This document shows, in pieces, positions 1 to 9,424 of a stretch of 64,000 nt of DNA (its first letter is position 1; every line of letters begins with the position of its first letter). The position numbers and the translations under genes were made by a program. Source of the stretch: an uncultured Candidatus Saccharibacteria bacterium (GTDB lineage Bacteria; Patescibacteriota; Minisyncoccia; Sungbacterales; HO2-52-23); the NCBI GenBank assembly GCA_964585475.1, contig CAZPDF010000002.1, positions 1,631 through 65,630 on the forward strand, written 5' to 3'. Below the pieces are notes generated by a model, which ran no database searches, was not told the DNA's origin, and was given only the letters and a program-made list of their open reading frames with translations.

Positions 1-240
1 GTCGTATGGGAATTAATTTCTTTTGCGGACAGATATATAAATGAAAATAAACCGTGGGAATTAAGTGGTGAGGCGCTTCAAAAAGTTATCGTAAACGCGA
101 GCTATCTCATCGGCGCTATTTCGAATCTGCTCGAACCGTTTTTGCCGGAAACCGCAGAAAAAATCCGTGAGCAGATTTCGTTTGAAGATTCTGTGATAAA
201 GATCAAGAAGGCAGAATCGTTATTTCCTCGGTTAAAATAA
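1..240 (+). CDS. metG: Methionyl-tRNA synthetase, C-terminal fragment (runs off window start)
   Basis: Frame 1 reads ...ADRYINENKPWEL...LLEPFLPETAEKI...LFPRLK*, the MetRS anticodon-binding end; metG-tatD synteny. Confidence 0.88.
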   Translation, partial: VVWELISFADRYINENKPWELSGEALQKVIVNASYLIGAISNLLEPFLPETAEKIREQISFEDSVIKIKKAESLFPRLK

Positions 241-241
241 A

Positions 242-451
242 CCCCGCACTAATTTTGCGAGTTTGGCGTTGGCGATCCGCTTCGCCCTTAAGGGATGGGG
301 CTATTCGCCCCGCGCGGATCGCGAGAACATTTTTGCGATTTACCTAACCATAGCAGGGGTCCTAGTATTCTGCGGCAAAATTAGTGCGGGGTTCTGTTAT
401 TTGTTGCTAAATTTTCTTCGCCTGGCGTCTTGAAAATTTAGACAAATAACG
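242..451. mobile_element. Composite palindromic element: CCCCGCAC-type MITE (242-391) plus TTATTTGT..ACAAATAA hairpin
   Basis: TIR CCCCGCACTAATTTTGC/GCAAAATTAGTGCGGGG; the same composite occurs reversed at ~19290-19510 and ~43098-43304. Confidence 0.8.
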
Positions 452-496
452 AAAAAGCGGGAACGTGTTCCCGCGGCTAAAATTAGAGTGGTATAG

Positions 497-769
497 TCAG
501 TCCTCCGCACCTCGATGCTCGTGTGAACTCACTTTGTGTTCAGGTATGCCCAGAAGTTTTAGTTGGCTTAAATATTTTCTGTCCACTTCCTTTTCCGAAA
601 AACCCACCTCCTCGACGATTAGTTCGCCACGGGGCATATCGTCAGGACGTCTTCGTTCATACGGATCTTCTAAAGTATCCGATACGCTAGTATAAATCCA
701 TCCCGTGGGACTTCCTTTAGAAGCAATACGCCAAACTCGCCAGCGATATGTGTGTTGTCTTCTCCCCAT
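497..769 (-). CDS. Hypothetical protein
   Basis: 90-aa ORF filling the gap between metG and tatD. Confidence 0.45.
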   Translation of the reverse strand: MGRRQHTYRWRVWRIASKGSPTGWIYTSVSDTLEDPYERRRPDDMPRGELIVEEVGFSEKEVDRKYLSQLKLLGIPEHKVSSHEHRGAED

Positions 770-827
770 TAGTTGTCATCCACACAAGGTACTATGTTAT
801 CTTTTTACTGTATTGATTTCGCGGCTT

Positions 828-1736
828 ATGTCAACCCCAAAACTTTTTGACATTCATACTCATGTCCAATTTGCCGCGTTTAAAGACGACGCGGATTTGG
901 TTATTCAGCGGGCGCTCGATGCCGGAGTATGGATGGTGAATGTCGGGACCCAACGCGATACTTCGGCGCAGGCGATTGAGACAGCCAAGCGATATCCAGA
1001 AGGCGTATACGCAACCGTTGGCCTTCACCCGATTCATACCGAAGCGTCGTATCACGATGAAAAGGAGCTTGGCGGATCCCCGTCAAGTCATTCTGAGCGC
1101 AGCGAAGAATCTAAAGAGATCCTTCGCGTTGCTCAGGATGACGCCGTAAGCAATGATGGATTTACGTCGCACGGAGAAGAGTTCGACCACGAATACTACA
1201 AAAAACTGGCCGCAGACCCGAAAGTTGTTGCCATCGGGGAGTGTGGACTGGATTATTATCGGCTCGAGTCCGAAACCAAGGCGAAGCAAAAAGATGTTTT
1301 TATCCAGCAAATTGTTTTGAGCCGTGAAATTAAGAAACCGCTTATGATACACTGTCGGCAGGCCTTTGAAGATTTGATTAAGATTCTCCAAGCGACGGAT
1401 CATCGCCTCGAGATTGAGAATCCGGGGATTGTGCATTTTTTCAGCGGCACGAAAGATGATGCAAAAGTGCTTATGGATCTCGGATTTTCCTTTTCTTTCG
1501 GCGGTGTCATTACTTTTGCCCGGGATTATGATGAGGTCATAAAATTTATTCCACTTGATCGGATCACGCTTGAGACCGATGCCCCATACGTCGCGCCGGT
1601 TCCGTATAGAGGGAATCGGAATGAGCCCGCATATGTGACAGAAGTCGCAAAGAAGCTGGCTGAACTTAAGGGCTTATCTTTTGATGAAATTTGTGCTACA
1701 ACAAAAGAAAATGCGCTAAAGATATTTGGATTATGA
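828..1736 (+). CDS. tatD: TatD family DNase
   Basis: DIHTH, GLHP, AIGECGLDY, IHCR, HFF and LETDAPY motifs; ATG at 828; in-frame palindrome insert at 1087-1142. Confidence 0.95.
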   Translation: MSTPKLFDIHTHVQFAAFKDDADLVIQRALDAGVWMVNVGTQRDTSAQAIETAKRYPEGVYATVGLHPIHTEASYHDEKELGGSPSSHSERSEESKEILRVAQDDAVSNDGFTSHGEEFDHEYYKKLAADPKVVAIGECGLDYYRLESETKAKQKDVFIQQIVLSREIKKPLMIHCRQAFEDLIKILQATDHRLEIENPGIVHFFSGTKDDAKVLMDLGFSFSFGGVITFARDYDEVIKFIPLDRITLETDAPYVAPVPYRGNRNEPAYVTEVAKKLAELKGLSFDEICATTKENALKIFGL

Positions 1737-1838
1737 GATACTATCCGGCAAAAATTGAGGCAAAATGGTCCCGATTCCGACATAGAATGTCGGAATCGAG
1801 GATCCGCGATTCGCGTAGCGAATCGGGACAGAAATAAT

Positions 1839-4800
1839 ATGAGATATGACCCACAAAATATAGAAGATAAATGGCAAAAGAAGTGGCTCGAAGAAAAAAC
1901 TTATGAGCCCGATTTTAAGCTTGCCAAGCACCCTTTTTATAATCTAATGATGTTTCCTTACCCCTCCGCCGAAGGTCTGCATGTCGGGAATATGTATGCT
2001 TTCGCGGGGGCGGATATTTACGGAAGGTTTAAACGCATGCAGGGATTTGATGTATTTGAGCCGATAGGGCTTGACGGTTTTGGGATTCATTCAGAGAATT
2101 ATGCCTTGAAAATCGGCACGCACCCTGTGGAGCAGGCGCGTATTTCCGAGAAACGGTTTTATCGGCAGCTGGCAACGATCGGAAATGGGTTTGCGTGGCA
2201 GGAGCGACTCGAGACGTACGACCCCGAATATTACAAATGGACGCAGTGGATTTTTGTACAGATGTTTAAGCGCGGCCTGGCTTATCGCAAAAAGGCCTTG
2301 GTAAATTGGTGCCCGAGCTGCAAAACTGTGCTGGCGGACGAGCAAGTCATACAGAAATCAGAAATCCCTAGGTCGCCAGAGGCGACCTGGGTCCCGGCCG
2401 AGGGCCTAGGGACAAATTCCAAATCCCAACCCCCAAATCATAAACACGAAATACGAGTTGGCGTCTGCGAGCGATGCGAATCCGCCGTTGTAAAAAAAGA
2501 ACTAGAGCAATGGTTTTTCAAAATTACGGATTATGCCGAGCGGCTCCTTCGGAACTTAGAGAAAATAGACTGGTCTGAGAGGATTAAAATTGCGCAGAGG
2601 AATTGGATCGGGAAGTCAGAAGGAGCGCTGATTGATTTCGAAATCAAAACAAACCCGAATTTTGTGTTGCTTCACGGCTTCCGGGGTTCGCCGGAAGGAA
2701 GTTTTTTCCCGTGGCTTAAAGAGGAACTCCAAAAAAGAGGGTACAAAGTGCAGGCGCCCGAACTTCCGAGTTCAAAGAAACCCAATGTTCAGGAGCAGAT
2801 TGAATATGTTTTAAAAAATGTAAAGTTTGGCGAGAATACGGTGGTTCTAGGACATAGTCTCGGGTCTGTGGTTGCGTTGAAAACAATTGAGCACCTCCCG
2901 CGTCCGGTGAGAAAACTAGTTCTTGTCGCGGGCTTTTCAATTCCTCCGTCCAAACGAGACGAACCGACTAGTCGGGTGTATGAGAAAACATTCGACTGGA
3001 AATTTGATTTCAAGAAAATCCGCCAAAATATAAGCGGCAATTTTATATATCTTCGCGATTCAGGCGATGCGATCATAGCATCGAAAGAAGCTGATGTTCT
3101 GCAGGCGGCCCTGGGTGGAACAATTGTTGATTTCAAGGCGGAAGAGGAGCATGTCTGCGGGAAAAAAGAACCGGTAGTCCTGCAACATACTTTGGACACG
3201 ATCACGGTCTTTACTACTCGTCCTGATACGCTTTTCGGAGCGACCTATATGGTGTTGGGTCCGGAGCATACATTAATTCAAAATTCAAAATTCAAAATTC
3301 AAAATTTGAGCGAAGTTGACGAATATATTAAAAAGTCAAAGGACAAAACCGATGAGGAAAGAATCGGGGAGGGGAGAGAAAAAACGGGTGTTGAACTTAA
3401 GGGCATAAAAACGATAAACCCGGCCAACGGGGAAGAAATTCCGGTGTGGGCTGCGGATTATGTATTGGGCCACGTGGGAACGGGTGCCATCATGGCGGTT
3501 CCGGCGCATGATGAGCGTGATTTTGAGTTTGCGAAGAAATTTAAGTTGCCGGTGCGCGAAGTAGTGGTTCCGAACATCATTGACAGGAAAAATCCTCCCG
3601 TAGAAGGGAAAAAAACGGTTGAAAGGAGAAATATCCATGCGATCGTAAAAGATCCGAAGACGGGAAAATACCTTGCGCTGAAATGGAAAAAATTCGACTG
3701 GGTTACGTTTCCGATGGGTGGAATGGAAGAAGGAGAGGATGCCGTATCGGCTGCATTACGAGAGGTAAGGGAAGAAACGGGCTTTGTGAACCTGAAGTTC
3801 ATCAGGGTTTTGGACGGACAGGTGAGGGCGGAATACTTTGCGAGCCACAAAGATGAGAATAGGATCGCCTACACGACTGCCGTTGTTTTTGAGCTCGTTG
3901 ATCATACCCGGGTGGAAGTGGATAAAAAGGAAAAAGAAGTCCACGATGTGATATGGCTGGATGGATCTGAATTAAATTATGAAACTATGACCCATGCAGA
4001 AGTGGGATTTTGGAATGCGAAGCTGAATTCCGCAACCCCTGCCTATGTGGGCGGCGGAGTTTTGGTACACTCCGGAAAGTTCTCCGGTATGGACTCCGAA
4101 AAAGCGAAATGGGAGATTACAAAGTTTGTCGGCGGAAATAGAAAAGTGCAATATCGGCTACGCGATTGGCTGATTTCCCGCCAGCGTTATTGGGGTCCTC
4201 CGATTCCAATGATCTATTGCGAAAAATGTAATTGGCAGCCGGTGCCGGAAAAGGACTTGCCGGTGAAGCTGCCGGATGTTAAAGAGTTTCGGCCCACCGG
4301 AACAGATAAATCGCCGTTGGCGACCGTGGAAAAATTCTGGAAGGTTCGTTGTCCCAAGTGTAAATCATGGGCTAGGCGAGAGACGGACGTTTCCGACACA
4401 TTCCTTGATTCGGCCTGGTATTATATCGGATACCTTGCAAAAGAAAATTCAAAACCTGCCCCGCATCGTGCCGGAGGCTCTGGTGCGGGGTTCGAAATTC
4501 TAAATTCGAAATTCCGGCCGCGCGCGAAGCGCTGGCTGCCGGTAGATATGTATATCGGCGGAGCAGAACATGCGGTTTTGCATCTGCTTTATGTTCGGTT
4601 TCTTGCGATGGCGCTTTGCGATTGGGGAATGCTTCCCGCTGAGGAGCCATTTGAAAAATTCCGCGCGCACGGCCTTCTTATAAAAGACGGCGCCAAAATG
4701 TCAAAGTCGCGCGGGAACGTGGTAAATCCGGATGATTATATTCGCGCCTACGGCGCGGATGCGCTTAGGATGTATTTGATGTTTTTGGGACCGTTTGAGC

Positions 4801-5462
4801 AGGGAGGAGATTTTAGAGATACCGGGATCCGGGGAATTACAAGGTTTTTAGAGCGTGCTTGGCGTTTTTCTCAAGTAGTCATTCTGAGCGAAGCGAAGAA
4901 TCTCGATAGATCCTTCGGGCTTAGCCCTCAGGATGACATAAAGCGGTTACTCCACAAAACGATTAAAAAAGTTACAGAAGACATTGAGAATTTACAATAT
5001 AATACGGCTATTTCGGCGCTTATGATTCTGCTGAATAATTTGGAAGAAAATGCCGAAGCGGTTTCTCATGAGGATATCAAGGTGTTTCTCAAACTTCTGG
5101 CTCCGTTCGCGCCGCATATCAGCGAAGAATTGTATCAACAATTCTTCGGAAATCCTAAATCCGAAATTCTAAATTCTAAACAAATCCCAAATTCAAAATC
5201 TCAAAATCTCAAACAATTCCAGTCGATTCATCGTGAGCCGTGGCCAAAGTACGATCCAAAATTGATTAAGAAAGAAACTTTTGAGCTTATAGTGCAAATT
5301 AATGGCAAGGTGCGCGATCGATTTACGGTCGCAGTTACTACTTCCCAAGAAGAAGCCAGACGTTTGACCTTAGCGCGGGAAAAAGTTAAGATGACTCTTG
5401 GAGTTAATGAGCCGAAGCGGGTGATTTTTGTTCCCGGGCGGCTCATAAATATCGTTCTTTAA
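1839..5462 (+). CDS. leuS: Leucyl-tRNA synthetase with inserted alpha/beta-hydrolase and NUDIX domains
   Basis: MFPYPS, HVGN (HIGH), TTRPDT, DWLISRQRYWG, KMSKS; inserts carry GHSLG and GGMEEGE...ALREVREETG. Confidence 0.96.
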   Translation: MRYDPQNIEDKWQKKWLEEKTYEPDFKLAKHPFYNLMMFPYPSAEGLHVGNMYAFAGADIYGRFKRMQGFDVFEPIGLDGFGIHSENYALKIGTHPVEQARISEKRFYRQLATIGNGFAWQERLETYDPEYYKWTQWIFVQMFKRGLAYRKKALVNWCPSCKTVLADEQVIQKSEIPRSPEATWVPAEGLGTNSKSQPPNHKHEIRVGVCERCESAVVKKELEQWFFKITDYAERLLRNLEKIDWSERIKIAQRNWIGKSEGALIDFEIKTNPNFVLLHGFRGSPEGSFFPWLKEELQKRGYKVQAPELPSSKKPNVQEQIEYVLKNVKFGENTVVLGHSLGSVVALKTIEHLPRPVRKLVLVAGFSIPPSKRDEPTSRVYEKTFDWKFDFKKIRQNISGNFIYLRDSGDAIIASKEADVLQAALGGTIVDFKAEEEHVCGKKEPVVLQHTLDTITVFTTRPDTLFGATYMVLGPEHTLIQNSKFKIQNLSEVDEYIKKSKDKTDEERIGEGREKTGVELKGIKTINPANGEEIPVWAADYVLGHVGTGAIMAVPAHDERDFEFAKKFKLPVREVVVPNIIDRKNPPVEGKKTVERRNIHAIVKDPKTGKYLALKWKKFDWVTFPMGGMEEGEDAVSAALREVREETGFVNLKFIRVLDGQVRAEYFASHKDENRIAYTTAVVFELVDHTRVEVDKKEKEVHDVIWLDGSELNYETMTHAEVGFWNAKLNSATPAYVGGGVLVHSGKFSGMDSEKAKWEITKFVGGNRKVQYRLRDWLISRQRYWGPPIPMIYCEKCNWQPVPEKDLPVKLPDVKEFRPTGTDKSPLATVEKFWKVRCPKCKSWARRETDVSDTFLDSAWYYIGYLAKENSKPAPHRAGGSGAGFEILNSKFRPRAKRWLPVDMYIGGAEHAVLHLLYVRFLAMALCDWGMLPAEEPFEKFRAHGLLIKDGAKMSKSRGNVVNPDDYIRAYGADALRMYLMFLGPFEQGGDFRDTGIRGITRFLERAWRFSQVVILSEAKNLDRSFGLSPQDDIKRLLHKTIKKVTEDIENLQYNTAISALMILLNNLEENAEAVSHEDIKVFLKLLAPFAPHISEELYQQFFGNPKSEILNSKQIPNSKSQNLKQFQSIHREPWPKYDPKLIKKETFELIVQINGKVRDRFTVAVTTSQEEARRLTLAREKVKMTLGVNEPKRVIFVPGRLINIVL

Positions 5463-5475
5463 AGGAAGGGGTCAC

Positions 5476-5790
5476 GTGAAAATTGTCTTCCGGGGGATAG
5501 TAGCGGTTGTTTTCCTTGCGTTCTATTTCACCGCCGGTTATGAAGTGGCGACAGTGTATAAAAATGTGCAAAAAGCAGGCCAGGCCAGTACGACGCTAGA
5601 GAAGGTGTTAACTTATAACGGAGAAATTCCAAAGAACGTGGTATCATTATCCGATCAAAGAGTATTCACCTTCGTTGCTGCCGGTTGGCCAGCTTTAGTA
5701 GTAGTGGCAGTGATTCCTTGGACGTGGCACTTTATAAGTATAGGAGTACAGATGGGCGGCAATATCGCAAAGTTTATAGGCCTTGTGTAA
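5476..5790 (+). CDS. Hypothetical membrane protein
   Basis: GTG start after AAGGAAGG; two hydrophobic segments; followed by a terminator hairpin. Confidence 0.65.
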   Translation: MKIVFRGIVAVVFLAFYFTAGYEVATVYKNVQKAGQASTTLEKVLTYNGEIPKNVVSLSDQRVFTFVAAGWPALVVVAVIPWTWHFISIGVQMGGNIAKFIGLV

Positions 5791-5824
5791 TTGATTCTGC
5801 CAGTCCAGACGTTTCGTCTGGCTG

Positions 5825-6012
5825 TTTTTTGTCCAGGACAAGTTGATAAACCACCGCACCATCCCGAACAAAGCGAGGTTAGAGTGCGCGGTCCCGTACT
5901 TCCGCGACTGATTCGTTGGTATTACCACCAACGAATCAGTTCGGTATAGGCGGGGTCCTCGCCAACTTCTCGCTCCCTTTGGTCGCGGAATTTGCGGGAT
6001 TTTGTGGTTTAG
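5825..6012 (+). pseudogene. Relic copy of leuS 3' end (FVQDKLIN..FVV*) interrupted by a ~150-bp palindromic insert
   Basis: ttt gtc cag gac aag ttg ata aa[insert]t ttt gtg gtt tag versus native FVPGRLINIVL*. Confidence 0.55.
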
Positions 6013-6057
6013 GTTAGTTTAAAATTAGATCTTGAAATCGAAGGGGGCGACTGCGCC

Positions 6058-6186
6058 GTGAAGAGATGGTCTTTTTGGATTCTGGCGGGAAGTTTGGCAG
6101 GAGCGCTTGCGGCCCTGATCCTTTTGGAATTGAAAGATGAGCGTGAGCATATTGTGGAGCGGCTGCGCAAGAGAGGAGTTCTATGA
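6058..6186 (+). CDS. Small single-TM protein (42 aa)
   Basis: GTG after GAAGGGGG; (M)KRWSFWILAGSLAGALAALILLE; stop overlaps the next ATG. Confidence 0.5.
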   Translation: MKRWSFWILAGSLAGALAALILLELKDEREHIVERLRKRGVL

Positions 6187-6668
6187 GAGGCGAAGCGCTC
6201 TTTTTTGAGGATTTTATCCCTTCGGCGCGTTTCGTAAACTCCGCCCTTTGCGCTGTGGTTGGCGAGGGCGAGCTTTCGCTTTGGGGCGACGGAGGAATAA
6301 TTGACGATCTTCAGGGTTACACACTTGTTAAAGTCATCGAGGCCGTTAACTCCTATGGTGTCCTTCGCGAAACAGGCAGATTCTGGAATTTTGAGATGAG
6401 CGAGGATGCCATCGGTCCTTATCGCGATAAAGTGAGCCTTGAGTGCGGCGATATTTTGCAAGTGACGCTTGAATGTGTCGGATCAACAGCTTTGCCGGAA
6501 GAAGATAGGGCCCGCTTTGAAAGGGCCTGCGGTGCGGTTCAGGAGTCCGGTATAGTCACGTTTCGCTTCCGGATGTCATCCTGGCAGAATAAAAAATTTC
6601 TTCTTTCGGGAACCGTTGCATTTTTGGTAGAGATGAAACAAAAAAAGGAACCTACGACCGTGTCGTAG
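6183..6668 (+). CDS. Hypothetical protein
   Basis: ATG after GAGGAG SD; ends in a terminator hairpin (~6649-6675). Confidence 0.65.
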   Translation: MRGEALFFEDFIPSARFVNSALCAVVGEGELSLWGDGGIIDDLQGYTLVKVIEAVNSYGVLRETGRFWNFEMSEDAIGPYRDKVSLECGDILQVTLECVGSTALPEEDRARFERACGAVQESGIVTFRFRMSSWQNKKFLLSGTVAFLVEMKQKKEPTTVS

Positions 6669-6678
6669 GTTTTTACTT

Positions 6679-7080
6679 TTAGATAATTTCCTCATCTTGG
6701 GTTTTGGGCCTTTTTCTTGTGTCCTTAATTCTCTGGCGGATGCCTGCGAGGTCGATTTCTATTCGTTCCCAAATTATGCTGCGAGCTTGGGTTTCCTCAT
6801 AGAGCGCGAGAAAGCCGAACCCCAGAGGCCAATGTATGTTTTCTAATAGCCCCTGGAACCCTATGATGATTTCGAGGAACTGGGCTCCTTCATCGCACTC
6901 AACCGAAACGTACGAGATCTTCGACCTTCTATTTTTGATGAACCCGTTCCATCGTTTAATTACCGTTTTCAATAGACCCCCGAGATAATCCAATCCCAGT
7001 TCGGCTATTTTTTCCTGCGCAAGAGGTTTTCGTGAGTCGCTGTCTATAAATTCGATCGCCGGATCCTTTCGATGACTCAT
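6679..7080 (-). CDS. Hypothetical protein
   Basis: Likely ATG at 7080 after a GGTGGT SD-like motif; divergent from glmS. Confidence 0.55.
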   Translation of the reverse strand: MSHRKDPAIEFIDSDSRKPLAQEKIAELGLDYLGGLLKTVIKRWNGFIKNRRSKISYVSVECDEGAQFLEIIIGFQGLLENIHWPLGFGFLALYEETQARSIIWERIEIDLAGIRQRIKDTRKRPKTQDEEII

Positions 7081-7153
7081 CGGCACCACCCTTGCGTTAT
7101 ATTGACTATAAGATATTGTAACCCTACGAAGATAAATTTCAAGACCGAGAATC

Positions 7154-8980
7154 ATGTGCGGTATAATCGGATATATCGGTAAACAAAACGCAGTAACGGT
7201 GGGCCTGGAGTGTTTGAAACAACTTGAATATCGCGGCTATGATTCTGCCGGTGCGGCTTTTTTTGATGGCGGGAAAATAATCTCGCAAAAAAGTGTAGGA
7301 CGGATCGCTAATCTTGAGGCGAAACTCGACCCGGCGGTTTCCTCCCCCGTTTCCATCCTGCATACCCGTTGGGCAACGCATGGCGAAGTGACGGAAGAGA
7401 ACGCCCATCCGCATGCGGATTGCACCGGTCGCGTGTGGCTCGTGCATAACGGCATCATAGAAAATTATAAAGATCTAAAGGAAAGACTTGCTACCACGGG
7501 ACACAAATTTAAATCGGAAACCGACACAGAGGTTCTGCCGCATCTTATTGAGGAGGAGTTGCAGTCACGCTCTTTGGAAGAGGCGGTACGTTTCGCTCTC
7601 CAAAAAGTTCGGGGAACTTACGGACTTGTTATTATGGATCGGGACGATCCGCAAAAACTAGTTGCCGCGCGTAACTTCAGCCCCCTGCTTTTGGGGATAG
7701 GCAACGGAGAATATTTTGTTGCCTCGGATGCGTCAGCGGTTTTGAAACATACGAAGCAGGTGATTTATCTGGATGACGGGGAGATGGCGGTCTTGACCCC
7801 CCGTGAACATAGGGTTTCCGATACCGGGGGGAACCTTCGGCATAAAAAGCCCCACGAAATTGAATGGTCGTTGGAGCAGACAAAAAAAGGCGGGTATCCG
7901 CACTTCATGCTTAAGGAAATTTTTGAGGAGCCGGAGGCGATTGAAAATTCAATACGCGGGCGCCTAGTTCCGGAGGAGGGCATGGCGAAACTCGGCGGTC
8001 TTCGCGAGGTGCTTGGGGATTTGAGAGACGCAAAGCGGGTTTTGATTGCCGGGTGCGGCACGGCCTATTACGCCGGCCGCGTCGGGGAATACATGCTTGA
8101 GGAGTATGCTGGAATTCCGGTTGAGGTTGACATTGCCTCCGAATTCCGATACAGGAAGCCGATATTCCGCGATGGAGATATTTTTCTTGCGATCTCACAA
8201 TCCGGAGAGACGGCCGATACCCTGGCGGCGTTGCGTGAAGCAAAAGAGAAAGGAGTTTTGGCTTTAGGAATTGTGAATGTGGTTGGCTCAACCCTGGCGC
8301 GTGAAACCGATGCTGGGGTATATCAGCATATAGGACCCGAGATCGGAGTCGCATCCACCAAGGCCTTTACCTCGCAGGTCGCGATCTTGGCTCTCATGAC
8401 TTTGTTGCTCGGCCGGTCAAGAGAAATGTCCGTTGTAATGGGCGAGAGAATTGCCCAGGAACTAAAAAAAATCCCCAAGCTCATGCAGAGGATTTTGAAG
8501 CAAGGCGATTCTATTAAAGAGCTTGCCCGGAAATACCAGAAATACGAAAATTTCTTGTACCTGGGCAGAAAATATAATCTCCCGGTTGCCTACGAGGGCG
8601 CGCTTAAATTAAAAGAAATTTCTTACGTTCACGCCGAGGGGTACGGGGCAGGGGAGATGAAGCATGGACCGATTGCCATGATCGATGAAAATTTCCCTTC
8701 GATTTGCATAGCTCCCCAAGATTCGGTTTACGAGAAAATGGTATCGAACATCGAGGAGATAAGAGCGCGCCGTGGCCCTGTGATGGCCATTGCCACCGAA
8801 GGCGATAAAAAAATAAGCGAAATTGCGGACGACGTAATTTATATTCCCAAAACCCTAGAAATGCTGACTCCGCTTTTGTCGGTGGTGCCTCTCCAGCTTT
8901 TTGCGTATCATTTTGGAGTTTTAAGAGGCCACGATGTTGATAAGCCTAGGAATTTAGCCAAGAGTGTGACTGTTGAATAG
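7154..8980 (+). CDS. glmS: Glutamine--fructose-6-phosphate aminotransferase
   Basis: MCGIIG, EYRGYDSAG, HTRWATHG, SQSGETADT, C-terminal DKPRNLAKSVTVE. Confidence 0.98.
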   Translation: MCGIIGYIGKQNAVTVGLECLKQLEYRGYDSAGAAFFDGGKIISQKSVGRIANLEAKLDPAVSSPVSILHTRWATHGEVTEENAHPHADCTGRVWLVHNGIIENYKDLKERLATTGHKFKSETDTEVLPHLIEEELQSRSLEEAVRFALQKVRGTYGLVIMDRDDPQKLVAARNFSPLLLGIGNGEYFVASDASAVLKHTKQVIYLDDGEMAVLTPREHRVSDTGGNLRHKKPHEIEWSLEQTKKGGYPHFMLKEIFEEPEAIENSIRGRLVPEEGMAKLGGLREVLGDLRDAKRVLIAGCGTAYYAGRVGEYMLEEYAGIPVEVDIASEFRYRKPIFRDGDIFLAISQSGETADTLAALREAKEKGVLALGIVNVVGSTLARETDAGVYQHIGPEIGVASTKAFTSQVAILALMTLLLGRSREMSVVMGERIAQELKKIPKLMQRILKQGDSIKELARKYQKYENFLYLGRKYNLPVAYEGALKLKEISYVHAEGYGAGEMKHGPIAMIDENFPSICIAPQDSVYEKMVSNIEEIRARRGPVMAIATEGDKKISEIADDVIYIPKTLEMLTPLLSVVPLQLFAYHFGVLRGHDVDKPRNLAKSVTVE

Positions 8981-9168
8981 GGGTATGACGCTTGCCCCGT
9001 CACTAAATTTTGACTTTTGTTATGCTACCCCGAATAAGCCGGCGAGATGGACACCGCAACGGGTTAAATTATAGATTGCCTCGTTGTGTAGAATGGCAGC
9101 AGTCAAAATTTTAGTGCGGGGTGGATAAACCCCGCAACCTTGCAAAAAGCGTGACGGTGGAGTAGAAT
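8981..9168 (+). pseudogene. Recoded duplicate of glmS 3' end (GYD..VDKPRNLAKSVTVE*), split by a MITE (8995-9121) and containing a promoter
   Basis: 14/14 aa identical with 12 synonymous codon differences; TTGCAA(9140)-17bp-TAGAAT(9163). Confidence 0.9.
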
Positions 9169-9202
9169 TATCAGGAAGGTTTAAGATAGCGAGGAATTAC
9201 AG

Positions 9203-9424
9203 ATGAGATTATTTTGGCTAGTTTTGGGCGGTGTTTATTTCGGATCTAACGCTCTTTACACTTTGAAGCGTTATCGTGAAGAAGGCGGACTGACGCTAAA
9301 ACAGATTGGTATTGGATTATTGGCCGGCATCCCTGTTTTGATCGGCGCAATTCTATTAGTTTGGGGGCTGCCGACGGTTATGCCGGAAACATTCCGCGTA
9401 GGCGGAGATCAAATCGAAGATTAG
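9203..9424 (+). CDS. Small 2-TM membrane protein
   Basis: GAGGA SD; lies downstream of the tail-embedded promoter; terminator follows. Confidence 0.7.
   Translation: MRLFWLVLGGVYFGSNALYTLKRYREEGGLTLKQIGIGLLAGIPVLIGAILLVWGLPTVMPETFRVGGDQIED

Noticed and set aside
8936-9165. Diversity-generating retroelement (TR/VR pair) as the explanation for tail duplicates
   Set aside because: Mismatches are synonymous and involve all four bases rather than being adenine-specific; no reverse transcriptase in the window.
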